From: Chlorokybus atmophyticus
Taxonomy: Eukaryota; Plantae; Mesostigma and Chlorokybus algae
Length of the DNA: 64,000 bases
Direction: 5' to 3'
NCBI GenBank assembly: GCA_009103225.1
Contig: RHPI01000026.1
Span: 877,103-941,102 of the forward strand
Part shown: positions 13,027 through 28,472 of the stretch, in pieces
Position numbering within the stretch: the first letter of the stretch is position 1
Layout of the letters: every line of letters starts with the position of its first letter
Position numbers and translations under genes: made by a program
Notes under the pieces: generated by a model
What the model was told of the DNA's origin: nothing
The model's database searches: none
What the model saw: only the letters and a program-made list of their open reading frames with translations

Positions 13027-15593
13027 CTAGATGGTGATGCACCGCACCTCGCCATCAACAAACGCATAGTCCGCATGGTGATTGCCCAAATCCGTTCCGA
13101 GAAGTGTTGCCTGCAACACCAGCTGTGGACTGAACCACAGGCACGCATGTACACAGAAACCACAAGTGGCATTACTTTGTCAAATAATCACTAGTCATGT
13201 TGTACAAGGTTTGATAAGCGGATAGTACCTGAAACACCTCCAGCACGTCTGTGTGGCTGACAAGTATGATGTCTGTCCCGTAATATGTCTGCATTCCAGC
13301 AACCAAGCAGCAGTGTCAAGTACACACACGCGAACACACATGCATGCACGCACGCAAGCGTTTTTGTTCATAACGTGTCTAACGTACACGCTCAAGACGC
13401 GTAAATGTCTCCAGTGCCCTTCTGTGTATATCCTGAACACTTTCCGTCGACCCTGCTTTGCAACACAAGTGTCACACACACGCGCACATGCATGCGTGCG
13501 CGTGTGCATTTGAAACAACAAGCTGTTTGTGTGCAGCGACCAATGCCCCCACCTTGAGGCTGCATTGAGTCTGGTGCTGGTGGCGGCGCCACGCCGTAGT
13601 CGAGTTGGTCCTGCTCCCACACGCCCTCACGCGCTCTCACGCACTGACGGTCAAGCACGCCCATTTTCCTCGGGTCCAACAGCCCCGCGAACTCCGTCCT
13701 GCGATCAAGTTGTTGTTGTTGTTGTAGCATGTGTCTATGAAAGAGATGACCAGACATGCACGCGCGCGTGCACACACACACACTTGAACACCATGCCTTG
13801 CGCTGATCGTTCTTAACATTTTAACAATGGATGCACACATAGTGTGCTAGCGTGAATAAAGTCTTGCAAGCTGTTTCAGTACAATTAGTACAACAGACAT
13901 GTGTGTATGCACACATACACAGTGGAGATCTCACTGCTAGCACGAAAGTATTGGAAACGCAACTCATACTGTGAACATGTGTGCGCGCGCGTGCGCGTGC
14001 ACGTGCATGTGTACTTGTCTTCATTCCTTCGCACCTGACGTTTGCGAACAGCATTCCCAGGCTGCTTCGCAGTATGGCCGCGCTCTGGAACGCGCGCTGG
14101 AAGTTGGACGTGTAGATCCAACCGTTGCTGAAATCCAACGCCTCGATGCGTTGCGCCGCGGCAAACATCTGCCGACGGCCCTTTTGCGTCAAACCCCACG
14201 TGAAATCGTACCTGCAAAGGGTTATGATTATGGGCTGTACTCGGTGTGTGAGTGTATGAATAGAGTATTCATCTGTTTGTGGTGGGCCTCCATGTACGTA
14301 TGATGGAAGTAAACATGCCTTTACATGTAAATGTATGCGATTCGTGTACACGTGAGTGTGTGTTTGTTTTCATTGTGCATACATGGAGGTGTTGATGTGA
14401 CTGGGCTGTACTTGAATGCAAAGACTAGGACGTTCACACGCATGCGTGTTCAACTGTGTGTGTACACAACTCGTGTGCGCATGTGTATGCCTGCATTTGC
14501 ACCTGCATGCGCATGCGAGGATGTACATGCGTGTGCATGTGTCGCTACGGAAAACAGGTGAACCAAAGCAATGAAGTATAAATCTCCGTTGCATCATTGA
14601 CTTGCTTACTTGAACGCAGGGTTGGACAAGATTATGCCGGGGACATCTGCGCCGGGAGCATATTCGCGGGACAGATAGCTCTCACCATGCCGCACCTGTT
14701 GTTGTTGTTGTTGTTGTTGCTGCTGTTGTTGTTACACAAGGGGCATCAGCTGAAGATGTCTCCGCTGAGAGTAGTACTCACCAGGAAATAACGATTGTTC
14801 ATGCGCGGTGCGGGCAACATCATGAACGCCCGCGCAGGCTTCGGCCATGCCAATGCTGATGCTGCTGCCACTGTCGCTGCTGCTGCTGTTGAGAGGACAG
14901 CACTTCGCCTTGTTGTTGTGCTGGGTTGTGATGTTGTTGTTGTGTTGTTTGGGTGAAGTGGCGCTTGCGGCGGGGGTGTACTGGCCTCACAATGCACTGC
15001 GAAACCAACGGGTGTGAGATTGTGAGTGAGTTGGTGAGAGAGAGAAAGAGTATGTGCCTGCGTGCCTGTGTGCATGCACGTGAAAGATTGTCAAACAAGC
15101 ACGAACGCACGTACGCGTGCAGAGACATCGAGACAGAGTGTGCGCATGCGTGCTTCTCCCCCGCGCGCGCGTATGTATGGCATGTCATTGCAACATGTAA
15201 GCAAGATATGCCACCTCACTTGACCTTAGCATAGTTCAGCAATGCATGCCTTAATTCTTGTTGACTGAGCATGGCTTGTTTCGAAATGCACTACTTGCCT
15301 GCACCGGTTGATTGCAATACATGCAAGCAAGTGTATGGCACTCACTCGCATGCTTGCTTGATGAGTTTGTTGTTTAATTGACAAGCAATGCAAGCAGCCT
15401 GCCTTGACTAACACATGCTGGCATATATCTACTGCATTGCTTGACTTCACTGCTCACCTCGTCCACGACACCCTTCTCCTCCAGGGTGTCCTTGTCGTCG
15501 TCTCCGGCTGCGGCGGAGCCTCTCCCTGCAGGCGCCCGGCAGCAGTGGCGTCGACGTGAACGACGTGCTGCATGCTGACGACGACGACATCAT
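13027..15593 (-). CDS. Histidine phosphatase / phosphoglycerate mutase-like protein with bipartite plastid + twin-arginine lumen targeting peptide
   Basis: S/R-rich transit peptide MMSSSSACS..., then RRSAVLSTAAAATVAAASALAWPKPARA (RR, hydrophobic stretch, AxA). Spliced YFL|VRHGES motif, GLTQKGRRQ, SNFQRAFQSA, ESVQDIHRR, IILVSH and GEVRCITI*. Confidence 0.85.
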
Positions 15594-16352
15594 CGCCGCC
15601 GCCGCCACCCAGGCCACAACGCCTTCAGCAAGGTCTGCCTGCAACTGGGCATTGTGGGTGACAAGGCGGCGGCAGCGGCGGTGGCAGAAGAGGCGGACAA
15701 GGTGGACGAGGAGGTGGCGGAGCTGGACAAGCAGGAGCTGGTTAACGTAGAGCAGGAGGAGGAGCACAAGGAGGATCAACAGGACAAGGAACAACAACAG
15801 GCGGTGAGCGCGATACTGCTGCAGGTGGGTCCTATAGCTCAATGCGGTGTATGCTTAGAGCTTGCTTGGCAGCTTAGAACGTGTAATGTTGTTGCCTGTC
15901 AATGGTCTTTTGGTCGTATCTGACTATAGTTTACACCAAGAAAGAGCATATGTGGTTGTCTGTTCGTTACCAATTGTGGTACGACCAGGCAGGAGCAGCT
16001 TTTGCGTTTCTATTCTTTCTACGCCTTGCATTTGCGGTTACATTTACAGCTGGCTCAAGTGCGAGACATGCAACAATGATGTAGAACAGAAATGCTCCAA
16101 TCTGCGCATTGGCCCCACGGCTCAACAACCATTTTCGCACACAAGAAGACGCGCATTCACGCAAGCGCACGCACATGTGCATGTGCACTCTCCCACATCT
16201 GTACATGCGCACGCATTGCGCACATTGGAACACACGCATCACCCCTAACCACATGGGGGTGGAGTGCAGTAAGAAAAACAAAGAGAAGAAAAATGACTCC
16301 CGCATGTCTTAACACAACCAATCAGCGTCATGGAGCAACGCAACCTTGGTTA

Positions 16353-16359
<7 letters not shown>

Positions 16360-16401
<42 letters not shown>
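16360..16401. repeat. (AT)n microsatellite
   Basis: About 21 AT units upstream of KTI12. Confidence 0.95.
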
Positions 16402-16403
<2 letters not shown>

Positions 16404-16530
16404 TAAACTTTTAGCCTGACAGCCTGACAGCCTACTTAAGTGATAGTGTTGAAAGCCAACGTCGGTTGGTTGTGCGGTTTTGCAGCTGTGAGTCTTCCCT
16501 CAGACACAAAGCAAGTATCGCACGCATTAC

Positions 16531-18390
16531 ATGCCTCTGGTGGTTATCTGCGGGCAGCCCTGCAGCGGCAAGTCCACATTCGCACGGGCACTCAGCGCAC
16601 ACTTCCAACAACAACAACAATCGGATTCGAATGGTCAAAGTGAGACAACATCACACAGCAACCATCACCGAGCGCCCGTGCACGTTGTGGACGAGCCGTC
16701 TTTGCACCTCGAGCGCAACGCCGCATACAAAGGTGGAAGGACTATTTGTGTGCGTGCGAGCGTGCGTGCGTGCACGCGCATAGCATCACATTCACAGCAG
16801 ACCATAACACAGCATACTCTTTGTAGTATGTTGTGATGTGCACACTTACGAGTGTGGTTTCTGTCATTGCAGATGTGGTGAGAGAGAAGAACACACGAGG
16901 GTTGCTACGCTCCGCTCTCGACCGCACGCTGAGCAAAGACACGACGGTCATATTCGACTCGCTGAACAACATCAAGGTGAGTATTGTGTTGTTGTCGTTG
17001 TTGTGCACAATGTATAATGAACCACAAACACCATGTTGCATAGTGTTTGCAATTCATGCAACCCCGTGAGGGGACTCTCACATCACCTCTGCGCTCAAAC
17101 TAGGCTTGTTACTGTGGCAGGGATACCGCTATGAGCTGTGGTGCATTGCGCGAGCGGCTGGAACACGCTATTGTACGGTGAGCGACTTTGATATTGATAT
17201 CAATCTCATGTTATCAATCTCACTGATGACCATAGAAAAGTTTACTTCCACGCATACACAGCTTGATTTTGCACATCGCAACAGCACAAGATGCATGTAG
17301 GTGCATTGCGATGCGACGATAGACACTGCGCGTGCTTGGAATGAAGATCGCGCTTCCAGAGGAGAACCTTCCTATTCATCAGAGATGTAAGCTTTCAACA
17401 AGTTATCAAGTGCAGCGCATAAACGGTACCAAGACAAGTTGTGTTCACTTACTCTCCACTCACACAGCTTTGAGGACCTCGCAAGCCGGTTTGAGACACC
17501 CGACAGCAAAAACCGTTGGGACGCACCCCTCTTCACAATCAACACTTCTGAAGGCAAGGCCAACACTTTGTTGTTGTTGGTAAATTACTGCTGCACTGAC
17601 TGCACTGACTCCTATGTTACAACTATCACACACATCCGAAGATGTGTTATAGGCTCATTGCCTCATTTCCTCCTCTGTTGTGTAGGTTATGATGGCGGTC
17701 GTCAGCAGCCTTTGTTGGACGCCATCGTCTCGGTGATTAGAGGAAAAGAGGACCCGAGCACGGCGCGAGGGGCGCGCAACCTGCAGCCGACCGTCGCCAC
17801 GCAGACCGTGCGATTGTCGGACACCAACCTGCTGTACCAGCTAGACAAGGCAACGCAGGTGGGATGTTGTGTGGTGTTGGGGCGGGGGCATTGCGTGCAT
17901 GTGTATGTCCGTGTGGGTGCGCGTGCGTGTGCGCGTGGGGCCATGCATGCGCGTGTCCATGCTTGTCCATGTGTTTGATGCGCTTGTGTTCAACTGTGCA
18001 GCACGTTGGTGAAGACGTGTGCACAAGCGCGATCACGCACCCCATTGCACACGTGTTCCGCACGCACGCAGGCACGCACGCACGCTCTTTGCCCACGCAT
18101 CCATGTTTGACGATCATGCAACCCATCGTATCGTGCTGTCCTCGCAGGAGGTCATAACCACATTAATAGACGCCCAGTCCGCCGCTGGCGGCCAGCCCGC
18201 CGGTTCTGTGCGCATCAACCCCCACGCCGTCGTGACGCTTCACAGGACGGTGTCGCTGCCGGAGCTGCGGCGACTCAAGCGCACGTTCGTGAAAATGGCC
18301 ACGCAGACGACAGCGGCGGTCACGAAGGATGCGGAGAGCGTGAAGAGGATGTTCGTGGAGTATGTGCAGAGGGAGCTGGATGCGCAATAA
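16531..18390 (+). CDS. KTI12: KTI12/DRL1 Elongator-associated P-loop protein
   Basis: MPLVVICGQPCSGKS P-loop, DSLNNIKGYRYELWC, FEDLASRFETPDSKNRWDAPLF, TNLLYQLDKATQ and SLPELRRLKRTFVK. Confidence 0.95.
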
Positions 18391-19202
18391 GGTTGTTGTG
18401 TTGTGGTGTGATGTGCTACTGTTGCAAGTACATACTGTGTCTGCTTCAGGTCTGCTACTGGGATGAGAGCGACTTGTCATGCACACACGGTCACATGCAT
18501 GCACAACAACAGGGTGTTGGCTGTGATATATTCAACTAGGCGAAGTGTACAACACGGGCTGGTCCGTGCACCGACATAGCGTGCAACACCACACCACACC
18601 ACACTTCTCAACAACGCCAGCAAGCAAGCCAAAGTTGCTGCAGTGGGATGCGAGTGCACATGTTTACAGATATTGAGTGTGCCGATGCGCACGCAGTAGT
18701 GTATAATATAGTACGCAAGGATTGTGCGCGTTGGGTCAATGGTGTCGCGCACAGCATGCGCATCTAATGGCTGTTGTAAGGTTGCTGTCATGAGTGTGTG
18801 TATGCTAGCAAACTGAGCATGGCGTTGCCTCGCGGCGTGACTACGAGAAAAATTGTACCCTCAGCTCTTTCTCACACGTCAGTGCGGACAAAGATGACAA
18901 CAACTATCAGTATCACAGGTACAGGGTCAGTGTTGAGCCAAGTTGAGCCAAAGCACTGCAATCATGACACACAAACTCACCATTGCGCACCCATATTATG
19001 CGCCGCCTGTTACATAGAATGCCAACTGCAATCTTGCTCATGATTTGCTGATATACACAACATGCTGTACACGCAGAGTTGCTCATTGCTCGATAAAGCA
19101 ACAATACTACGATAGAACCTTCACTAAAGAGCACAGCAGACAGCCTAGGCTGACCTTCTTACAACATGCGCCTCTTATGGAGCCGTGTTCAAGCAGTATT
19201 CT

Positions 19203-19941
19203 TCAGCCGAAGATCAACTTGACAGCAATGACCAAGATGTTTAAGGCTACAAGGGGCACTGCAACACAGACAAGAAGAAAAGCAGAGGGCTCAAGTGAGC
19301 AATGCACCCATGACAACCAGTCAGCACGTGTGTATAGTACAGCAGCTCAGATTGAGAGCTGCTGTACTTAGGCATGTATGTGTATGTGTGAGAGTGCCTC
19401 TGTGTGTGCGTGCATATGGGCGCTCGTGGGTATGTGTGCGCGTGCGTGTGTACGTGTCTGAAGTGTGTTTGTGTCTCAACTTACTGCGGAGGTAAGCAAT
19501 AGCGTTGAGTAGGCCAATGACCTGCGCTTTGAGGCCTATGCTCGACCCGTGATACGTGGCGTAACTCCACCCGTCTGTGGTTTGCAGTGCAACACCGTGT
19601 CAACAATCATCGCTAAGCAAAGCTCAACACAACAGAATACAATAACTTAGCAGTACAACAAGATCATAATAATAGTACACCAAGTCAAGATACCAACCAC
19701 GCATAAAGTGCAACACCAACACAATATGCCAATGCGATGCACACTTACCTAGATGTTACAAACTCTAATACAAAACAAAGAACGACATAGCAACACACCA
19801 GTAACTGCACATGCACAGAACAGGCAGTGAGATTCTGGCAAGTTGCAGGTGCTTACACTTGTCGAGGAAGCGCTCCTCGTTGAGAATGGCCAGCGCGTTC
19901 ACCAGCAGCAGCACCGCCTGCATGAACGTCCACATAGACAT
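19203..19941 (-). CDS. YOS1: Yos1/IER3IP1 small ER-Golgi membrane protein, 3 exons
   Basis: Spliced product MSMWTFMQAVLLLVNALAILNEERFLDK|YGWSY...LKAQVIGLLNAIAYLR|VPLVALNILVIAVKLIFG* matches the family pattern. Confidence 0.93.
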
Positions 19942-20086
19942 CTCGCTCTCCCACCTCCCTCTCCTCCTCCCTGATTTCCCTGCCCACGCCGCCGCCACCG
20001 CCACCGCCGCCCACACCAGAACACCACCAACATCAACAACCGCATGCACACTGAGTCGCTGTTCAACTTGGAGCATAGCAGCAATC

Positions 20087-21330
20087 ATGGCGGCGGCGGC
20101 GGATCTGTTGTCGGGGCTGTGGGGCAAGGTGTGGCCTCCTGCCCCCGCGGCTGTGGCTATCCTGGTGTGGCTCCTCATCCGCATGCTCCTGATCAAGCGC
20201 AGGCGCAACCAGCCGCCTCCACCGCCTGGCGCCGTCAGGGTTTGTGTGCTACTTTTACTACACATCCACTTGCGTGTATTCACTACGCTTGCCTGTTTGC
20301 TTCTATGCACTACAAGTTGCAGACGAGCTTCTCTCTTGTAGTCCTCATTCAGTTGGTTGTTGTGCTCTTTATCTCTTTCAAGTGCTGCCACACATTCAGG
20401 CTGAAGCACATAAGTTATTGTACATCCTAGTGCTGTTGTTTGTTGAGGTGCGTTTGCTGCGCGCTTCAGGCCATACACAGCAAAGCGGAGTGGGATGAGG
20501 CTCTGAAGGAGGCCAAGACTGCAAACAAGCTGGTGAGCCTTGGGTGCATGCCACAAGTAGACACAATGTTGCGTGAACACAAACATGCGCATGCACAAGC
20601 ACGCATACATGCATATGCACGCGTACGTGCATGCACAAGGGTACCCGCGCACACACATGCTTCCCCGCGAATACATGCACGCATGCACCAGCACATGCGC
20701 ACAGCCACGCATTCACAGAGGGATGCGTGCACTCTCACGCATGCACGCTTACGCTTACACACCTGCAAATAGATGCTCGTACGCACGCACGCACGCCAGT
20801 CTTATGCCAGGTAGTTCTGCACTTGAAGCTTTGTTCCTACTTTTACACCAGGTTATTGTGGACTTTACTGCGGCGTGGTGTGGCCCATGTCGGGTGATCG
20901 CTCCCAAATACTCTCAGGTGACAAACCTATTTGCAGCAGCACAGCAACATCATGTGTGCCAATGTTACAGTCACTCATATTCGACATCTTGCAGTTGAGC
21001 GAAAGGGAAGAGTATAAAGAGACAATGTTCCTCAAAGTTGATGTTGATGAAGTGAAGGTAAGACAAGAGTTGGAGTTGTTGTTGTTTTTTTTGAATGTGG
21101 GCTTGTGTGCATGTCGCACACATGTGTTCTATGCGTGTATGGTTGCGTACATGTGTTGCCAACATGCACACGCATGTGTGTGTGTGTTGCAGGAAGTAGC
21201 ACAGCAGTGCGGCGTGTCGTGCATGCCGACATTCCAGTTCTTCCGCGCCGGCCAGCGCGTCGACACCCTCGAGGGAGCCAACCTGGCCCGCCTCGTCTCG
21301 CTGCTCACCAAGCACCAGAAGAGGGAGTGA
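20087..21330 (+). CDS. Thioredoxin (h-like, WCGPC) with N-terminal transmembrane anchor, 5 exons
   Basis: VIVDFTAAWCGPCRVIAP, FLKVDVDE and MPTFQFF; N-terminal hydrophobic AAVAILVWLLIRMLLI followed by KRRR and PPPPP. Confidence 0.92.
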
Positions 21331-22234
21331 CTAATGACTTGGATGATGCGGCGTGCGTAAGCAGAAGTTGAGATGCGGTGGGTGTGCATGTGGATGGTAG
21401 AGTTTTCTGCTGCTCGTGTTTGCTGCCTGAAGGGGGGACTGAACGTGTAAATAGCGGGACTGTTATAAGCAGGGCGAAGTTTTGACGGTGTTTCTCAGAG
21501 CTGGTGGGTACATTGTTTGATTATGTGGTTTATCAAGTGTCGTGCAATGTGCTGTTGCAGGCGTCCTGTCTGCTTCATGATAGTGTTGGCGTCGTGTCCC
21601 ACCTGTTGTTGGAATGATCTCCCCATCGTAATTTCGAAGGAGAGTTGTGTATCGCTATCATAAAACGCAAGTGTTGGTACTTAATCGAACTGCACATTGC
21701 AAAGCACGAATGGCGATGTAGTTTCAAGCGCACATACAGGCCTACCCTCTTTGTACATGCCGATGCATGCTCAAAAAGTGCAAACAGTCAGTGCATGCTG
21801 CAGTAGACCTTTGGACTTCTATGCACTCGATGTCACATTAGCGAAACAGATGGCGTGCTGCTGCAGGGCCCAGCGCACGGTTACTACTCTTGTATTGGCT
21901 GGTTGCTTACTAGCTTGCTAAGAAAAAAAAAAAACAAAAAAAAAACACCGACTAGAATTGACCGCTGCACCTGACATCCATACTGGTGCCTCATCCTACC
22001 ACCTGCTGCTACGTACTGCATCGCGTTAATGTAATAGCAATTGGTGTGGTGGTTGTGTCACGCTGCGCAAGTCTGACCGCGAAATTTGCGTCTACGACAC
22101 AAGTCCAGTACCTGAAGAACTCATGAACATTGACTATATACAGGCATCCGAGCTGTATGTAAGCAATATAGATTCAAGTGTGGTGCAAAAGCAGTGTCAA
22201 GGCAGTCACACAGACAGTACCACTGCAAATGGGC

Positions 22235-22363
22235 NNNNNNNNNNNNNNNNNNNNNNNNNNNNNNNNNNNNNNNNNNNNNNNNNNNNNNNNNNNNNNNNNN
22301 NNNNNNNNNNNNNNNNNNNNNNNNNNNNNNNNNNNNNNNNNNNNNNNNNNNNNNNNNNNNNNN
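22235..22363. other. Assembly gap (129 N)
   Basis: N run. Confidence 1.
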
Positions 22364-22438
22364 CTTAAGAGCTTGGGCTCATGAATGTGGCGTACCTACT
22401 CTTACATAAGCATAGATTGTAGCAGTTACTACTACTGG
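22364..22438 (+). repeat. 75-bp identical dispersed repeat, copy 1 (copy 2 at 28398-28472)
   Basis: CTTAAGAGCTTGGGCTC...TTACTACTACTGG is identical in both copies; both lie next to N-gaps and poly-G. Confidence 0.9.
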
Positions 22439-23131
22439 GGGGGGGGGGGGGCAGACCAGCGCTTGCAATTTGCTAAGCTATGACACAGCTAGCTAGCATG
22501 ACAACCACAAGCAGGCAGAGCAGGGGATGAGGGATGGAGAGGTTTAAGCACGGGGTAACCACCTGCGCAGCAGAGGTCCGGGCTCAGTCCTTGTGGAGGG
22601 GGTAGACCAGCAGGACTTGGACAATGTTGACAACTGACTGGACCCCCCGCCTCCGAGCAGCTCCAATGGCGGCTGTATAAGTCCCAACACCATTTCAATT
22701 GCACCTTGCACACGTGCTTGTTGCATACATCACGTGCATATTGTATACTTAACAAGTGCTGCACTCCTAGCAGACATTCATATGTAACCTTTGGCAAAGG
22801 TCACAGCTCGCCAAGCTCATCAGCAGCTAAGCAGTATAAACATGTTACTGTGGGTGTTACACTTTGCGTGTCGGCATAGCCGCATATCCCTTTTGTAAAC
22901 AGTCATGTGTCTTGTAGGCCATGGCACTAACCAATCAAAATACACACAATCAACCAATCAAGTCAATCAATCTATCCCTACTGACCGGTCAACTGTCATG
23001 CAGTTGCACTGTTGCTGCTCACAGCATCAACCTCAATCAAAAATGGCGAAACCCCAAGTCATGAGCCTGCAGCAGACTTGTCGCATGAACAAATGCCAAT
23101 TTTGCGTCAAGACAACTGCTGAACCACGCTG

Positions 23132-23993
23132 TTACACCTGCAGGGGAGGGCAAACAGAGTTTTACCCGCATTCTTACCCGGATAGTTGTAACAATGCTAC
23201 CAACAATATGTATACCGTATGCCACTATGAGTAGTCCACCGACACAAAAGTGCCATGCTATATGCCTTTCCACAGGCAGGCGCGCACATATACGCAACTG
23301 TGCACGTGCGCGCGCGCGCACACACACAGACACACATAGAGCAAATAGCTAGTATTGTGGCGTTGCATGCGATCAGCATGAGACCACAACAAACAATACA
23401 AGTCAAGGGAGCAAAGCGATAAAGCTTGAAGGAGAAATGTACAGTCCTCAGGCATGATGATGCTCAGACCCAAGTCCTACCCGCATGTACACAACAGCAG
23501 GCGTGCATGCCTGCTGTTGTGTACATGTGCACTTGCACAGCAGGCATGCACACGTCATATGTGCGAACGCAGGCATGCACAAGTCTGCGCGTGCGCATGC
23601 CTGCGTTCGCACATATAGAATTGACCGAGAAAACTCGGGGATTTATTACAGCACTGAGCCAAAATAAATCTCTTTGTCAATCCAATCCCTAACAGCATGC
23701 CACCTGTGCCGAGAACTACACACATGTGCGCTCCATACCTTGAAGCCCTCTCTTCTGAGGCATTGCTTATGCGCTTCAATGATGTCTCTGCATGCGTCCT
23801 CTCCCCTCCCCGCCACGCACTCATCCCTGGCCGCCTTCGTCTCAGGGCAGGCGCAGCATATCCTCTTCTTTGGCTTCTCCTGCTGCTGCTGCTGCTGCTG
23901 CTGAGCCTCACCCTTGCTCAAGGCGGAGGACGAGGAGGAGGAGGGGGAGATTTCTTCATTCTCCTCAGCCCGAGGTAGGATAGCCCGAGCCAT
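23132..23993 (-). CDS. COX17: Mitochondrial copper chaperone COX17
   Basis: [20 protein letters not shown]...[19 protein letters not shown] (CCxC plus twin-Cys motif). Donor AAG|GTATGG at 23738; predicted terminal exon CAG|GTG TAA at 23132-23137. Confidence 0.92.
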
Positions 23994-24943
23994 GCCAATG
24001 ACAACACCGCCGCCACCGCCGCCGCACTAGCCTGGTCAATTGACTGTGAAACCGAGTGAGACGTTGGGGCTACGTGACCGTGATTGTGCGGTCTACAGTT
24101 TGAGGCAGTAACTGAGCAGTTAACTGTGCTGCATTTCGGGATTGTCCACGTGGCAGGTGCTGGCGGCGGCAGGTGGAGGAGGTGGCGGCGGGCACGGCGC
24201 GGGGATCGCTGCTGTTGAGAGCTTGTCAAGCTTGCCTGGGGCAGCGTGGTGGAGTCGTCCTTGGCTGAAAACGGGCTGGGGTGCGCAGTTGTGGTCGCGG
24301 GATAGAGTTTATTGGTGTTGTTGTCCTGGTCGGCCACCTCGTCCTGGTCCTCATCGGCGGCGTCGTCGTGGACGTGGGAGGTATGGACGATGTACTCGAA
24401 CGGCGCTGTACTGCCGTTCCTGCGGCTGTCGAATAGATACGCTTACGCACGCTCACCACCATTGCAGCTAGCCAGCCAGGTGAGCAGCGCAACCATCACG
24501 AGAGGCTCAGGGCCGATTGTCTCTGCAGCTTCTTCCTTACATTACAAAGTGGTTTATTGTGTGCAAAGCCCAACATCACATCTGGATCTGATGTGGTCCC
24601 AGCGCCCCCAATGCGCTGTTGTACAACAGCGCATTGGGATTGCTGGTATTGTGTCCTCCTTTCCATCACTCGACAGAGACAATGTTTGCATTCACTTAAT
24701 TCAGCAGTTCCTCTGTTGTAGGCCAGTATGGTAACTACGAAACAACAGCGTTTCATTTTGACTATGTGCGAAGCGAGGCTTCGAGACAGATTATGCGCAG
24801 TGGTGTTCATATCTTATGTATGGTGTCTGTTGTCTTTGATGGTGACTTGCAACTATGTGCCCACCTCAGGTATGATGGCGACGCCGAGTAGGCCGCACAA
24901 GTGACAGGTGTGTGTTGCGCGGGTTGCACATGCAAAGAGGGTT

Positions 24944-27879
<2,936 letters not shown>

Positions 27880-27933
27880 TACGCTTGTTTTGGCTGCTCG
27901 CAAACCGATTCTGTTTTCACTATATCTGAGTAT

Positions 27934-27938
27934 TGTAA
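27934..27938 (+). terminator. TGTAA putative polyadenylation signal
   Basis: TGTAA about 55 nt after the NDR stop and again at 27946; also at 18775 after KTI12 and 21446 after the thioredoxin. TGTAA is the established chlorophyte poly(A) signal. Confidence 0.5.
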
Positions 27939-28307
27939 TATATGATGTAATGTGCAATTAGCATTTTCATCTAGTTATCCATGCTGGTGCTATGTGTCTG
28001 CCTTGGCCTTTGAGTGGAAGTAGAAGTTTGGTTATCGTAGTCATATGTTCATCTTCCTTGATATGCATGTGTTGCAGGCTGCTATGTTTGTATAGCTGCA
28101 ACTAGCAGTTAGCAGGTGCTGTATGGGTAAAATGCATATCTTGATAATGACAACCGGAGTTGTCATGGCATGTTTGTCAACCGACTCGTATGGCCTACAA
28201 TACAATAACACATTATGTGTGCAGCAGCCATAGTGTTATTTATGGTACAGCCTTGTATGGGGGAGTTATCACGACCAACCCCACCCGCGGAGGGACAGGG
28301 GGGGGGG

Positions 28308-28378
28308 NNNNNNNNNNNNNNNNNNNNNNNNNNNNNNNNNNNNNNNNNNNNNNNNNNNNNNNNNNNNNNNNNNNNNNN
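28308..28378. other. Assembly gap (71 N) flanked by poly-G
   Basis: N run. Confidence 1.
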
Positions 28379-28397
28379 GGGGGGGGGGGCTCGCGCG

Positions 28398-28472
28398 CTT
28401 AAGAGCTTGGGCTCATGAATGTGGCGTACCTACTCTTACATAAGCATAGATTGTAGCAGTTACTACTACTGG
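28398..28472 (+). repeat. 75-bp identical dispersed repeat, copy 2
   Basis: Identical to 22364-22438. Confidence 0.9.

Noticed and set aside
15654-15923. Acidic plus-strand ORF (GDKAAAAAVAEE...)
   Set aside because: No in-frame ATG after the upstream stop at 15576; best explained as the antisense of the triplet-rich 5' UTR of the phosphatase gene
11282-21400. Many 60-300 aa C/V/A/R/H/T-rich ORFs
   Set aside because: Translations of (TG/CA/CG)n-rich introns, not proteins
21919-21945. A-rich tract as the tail of a retroposed element
   Set aside because: No TSD, Pol III boxes or second copy in the window
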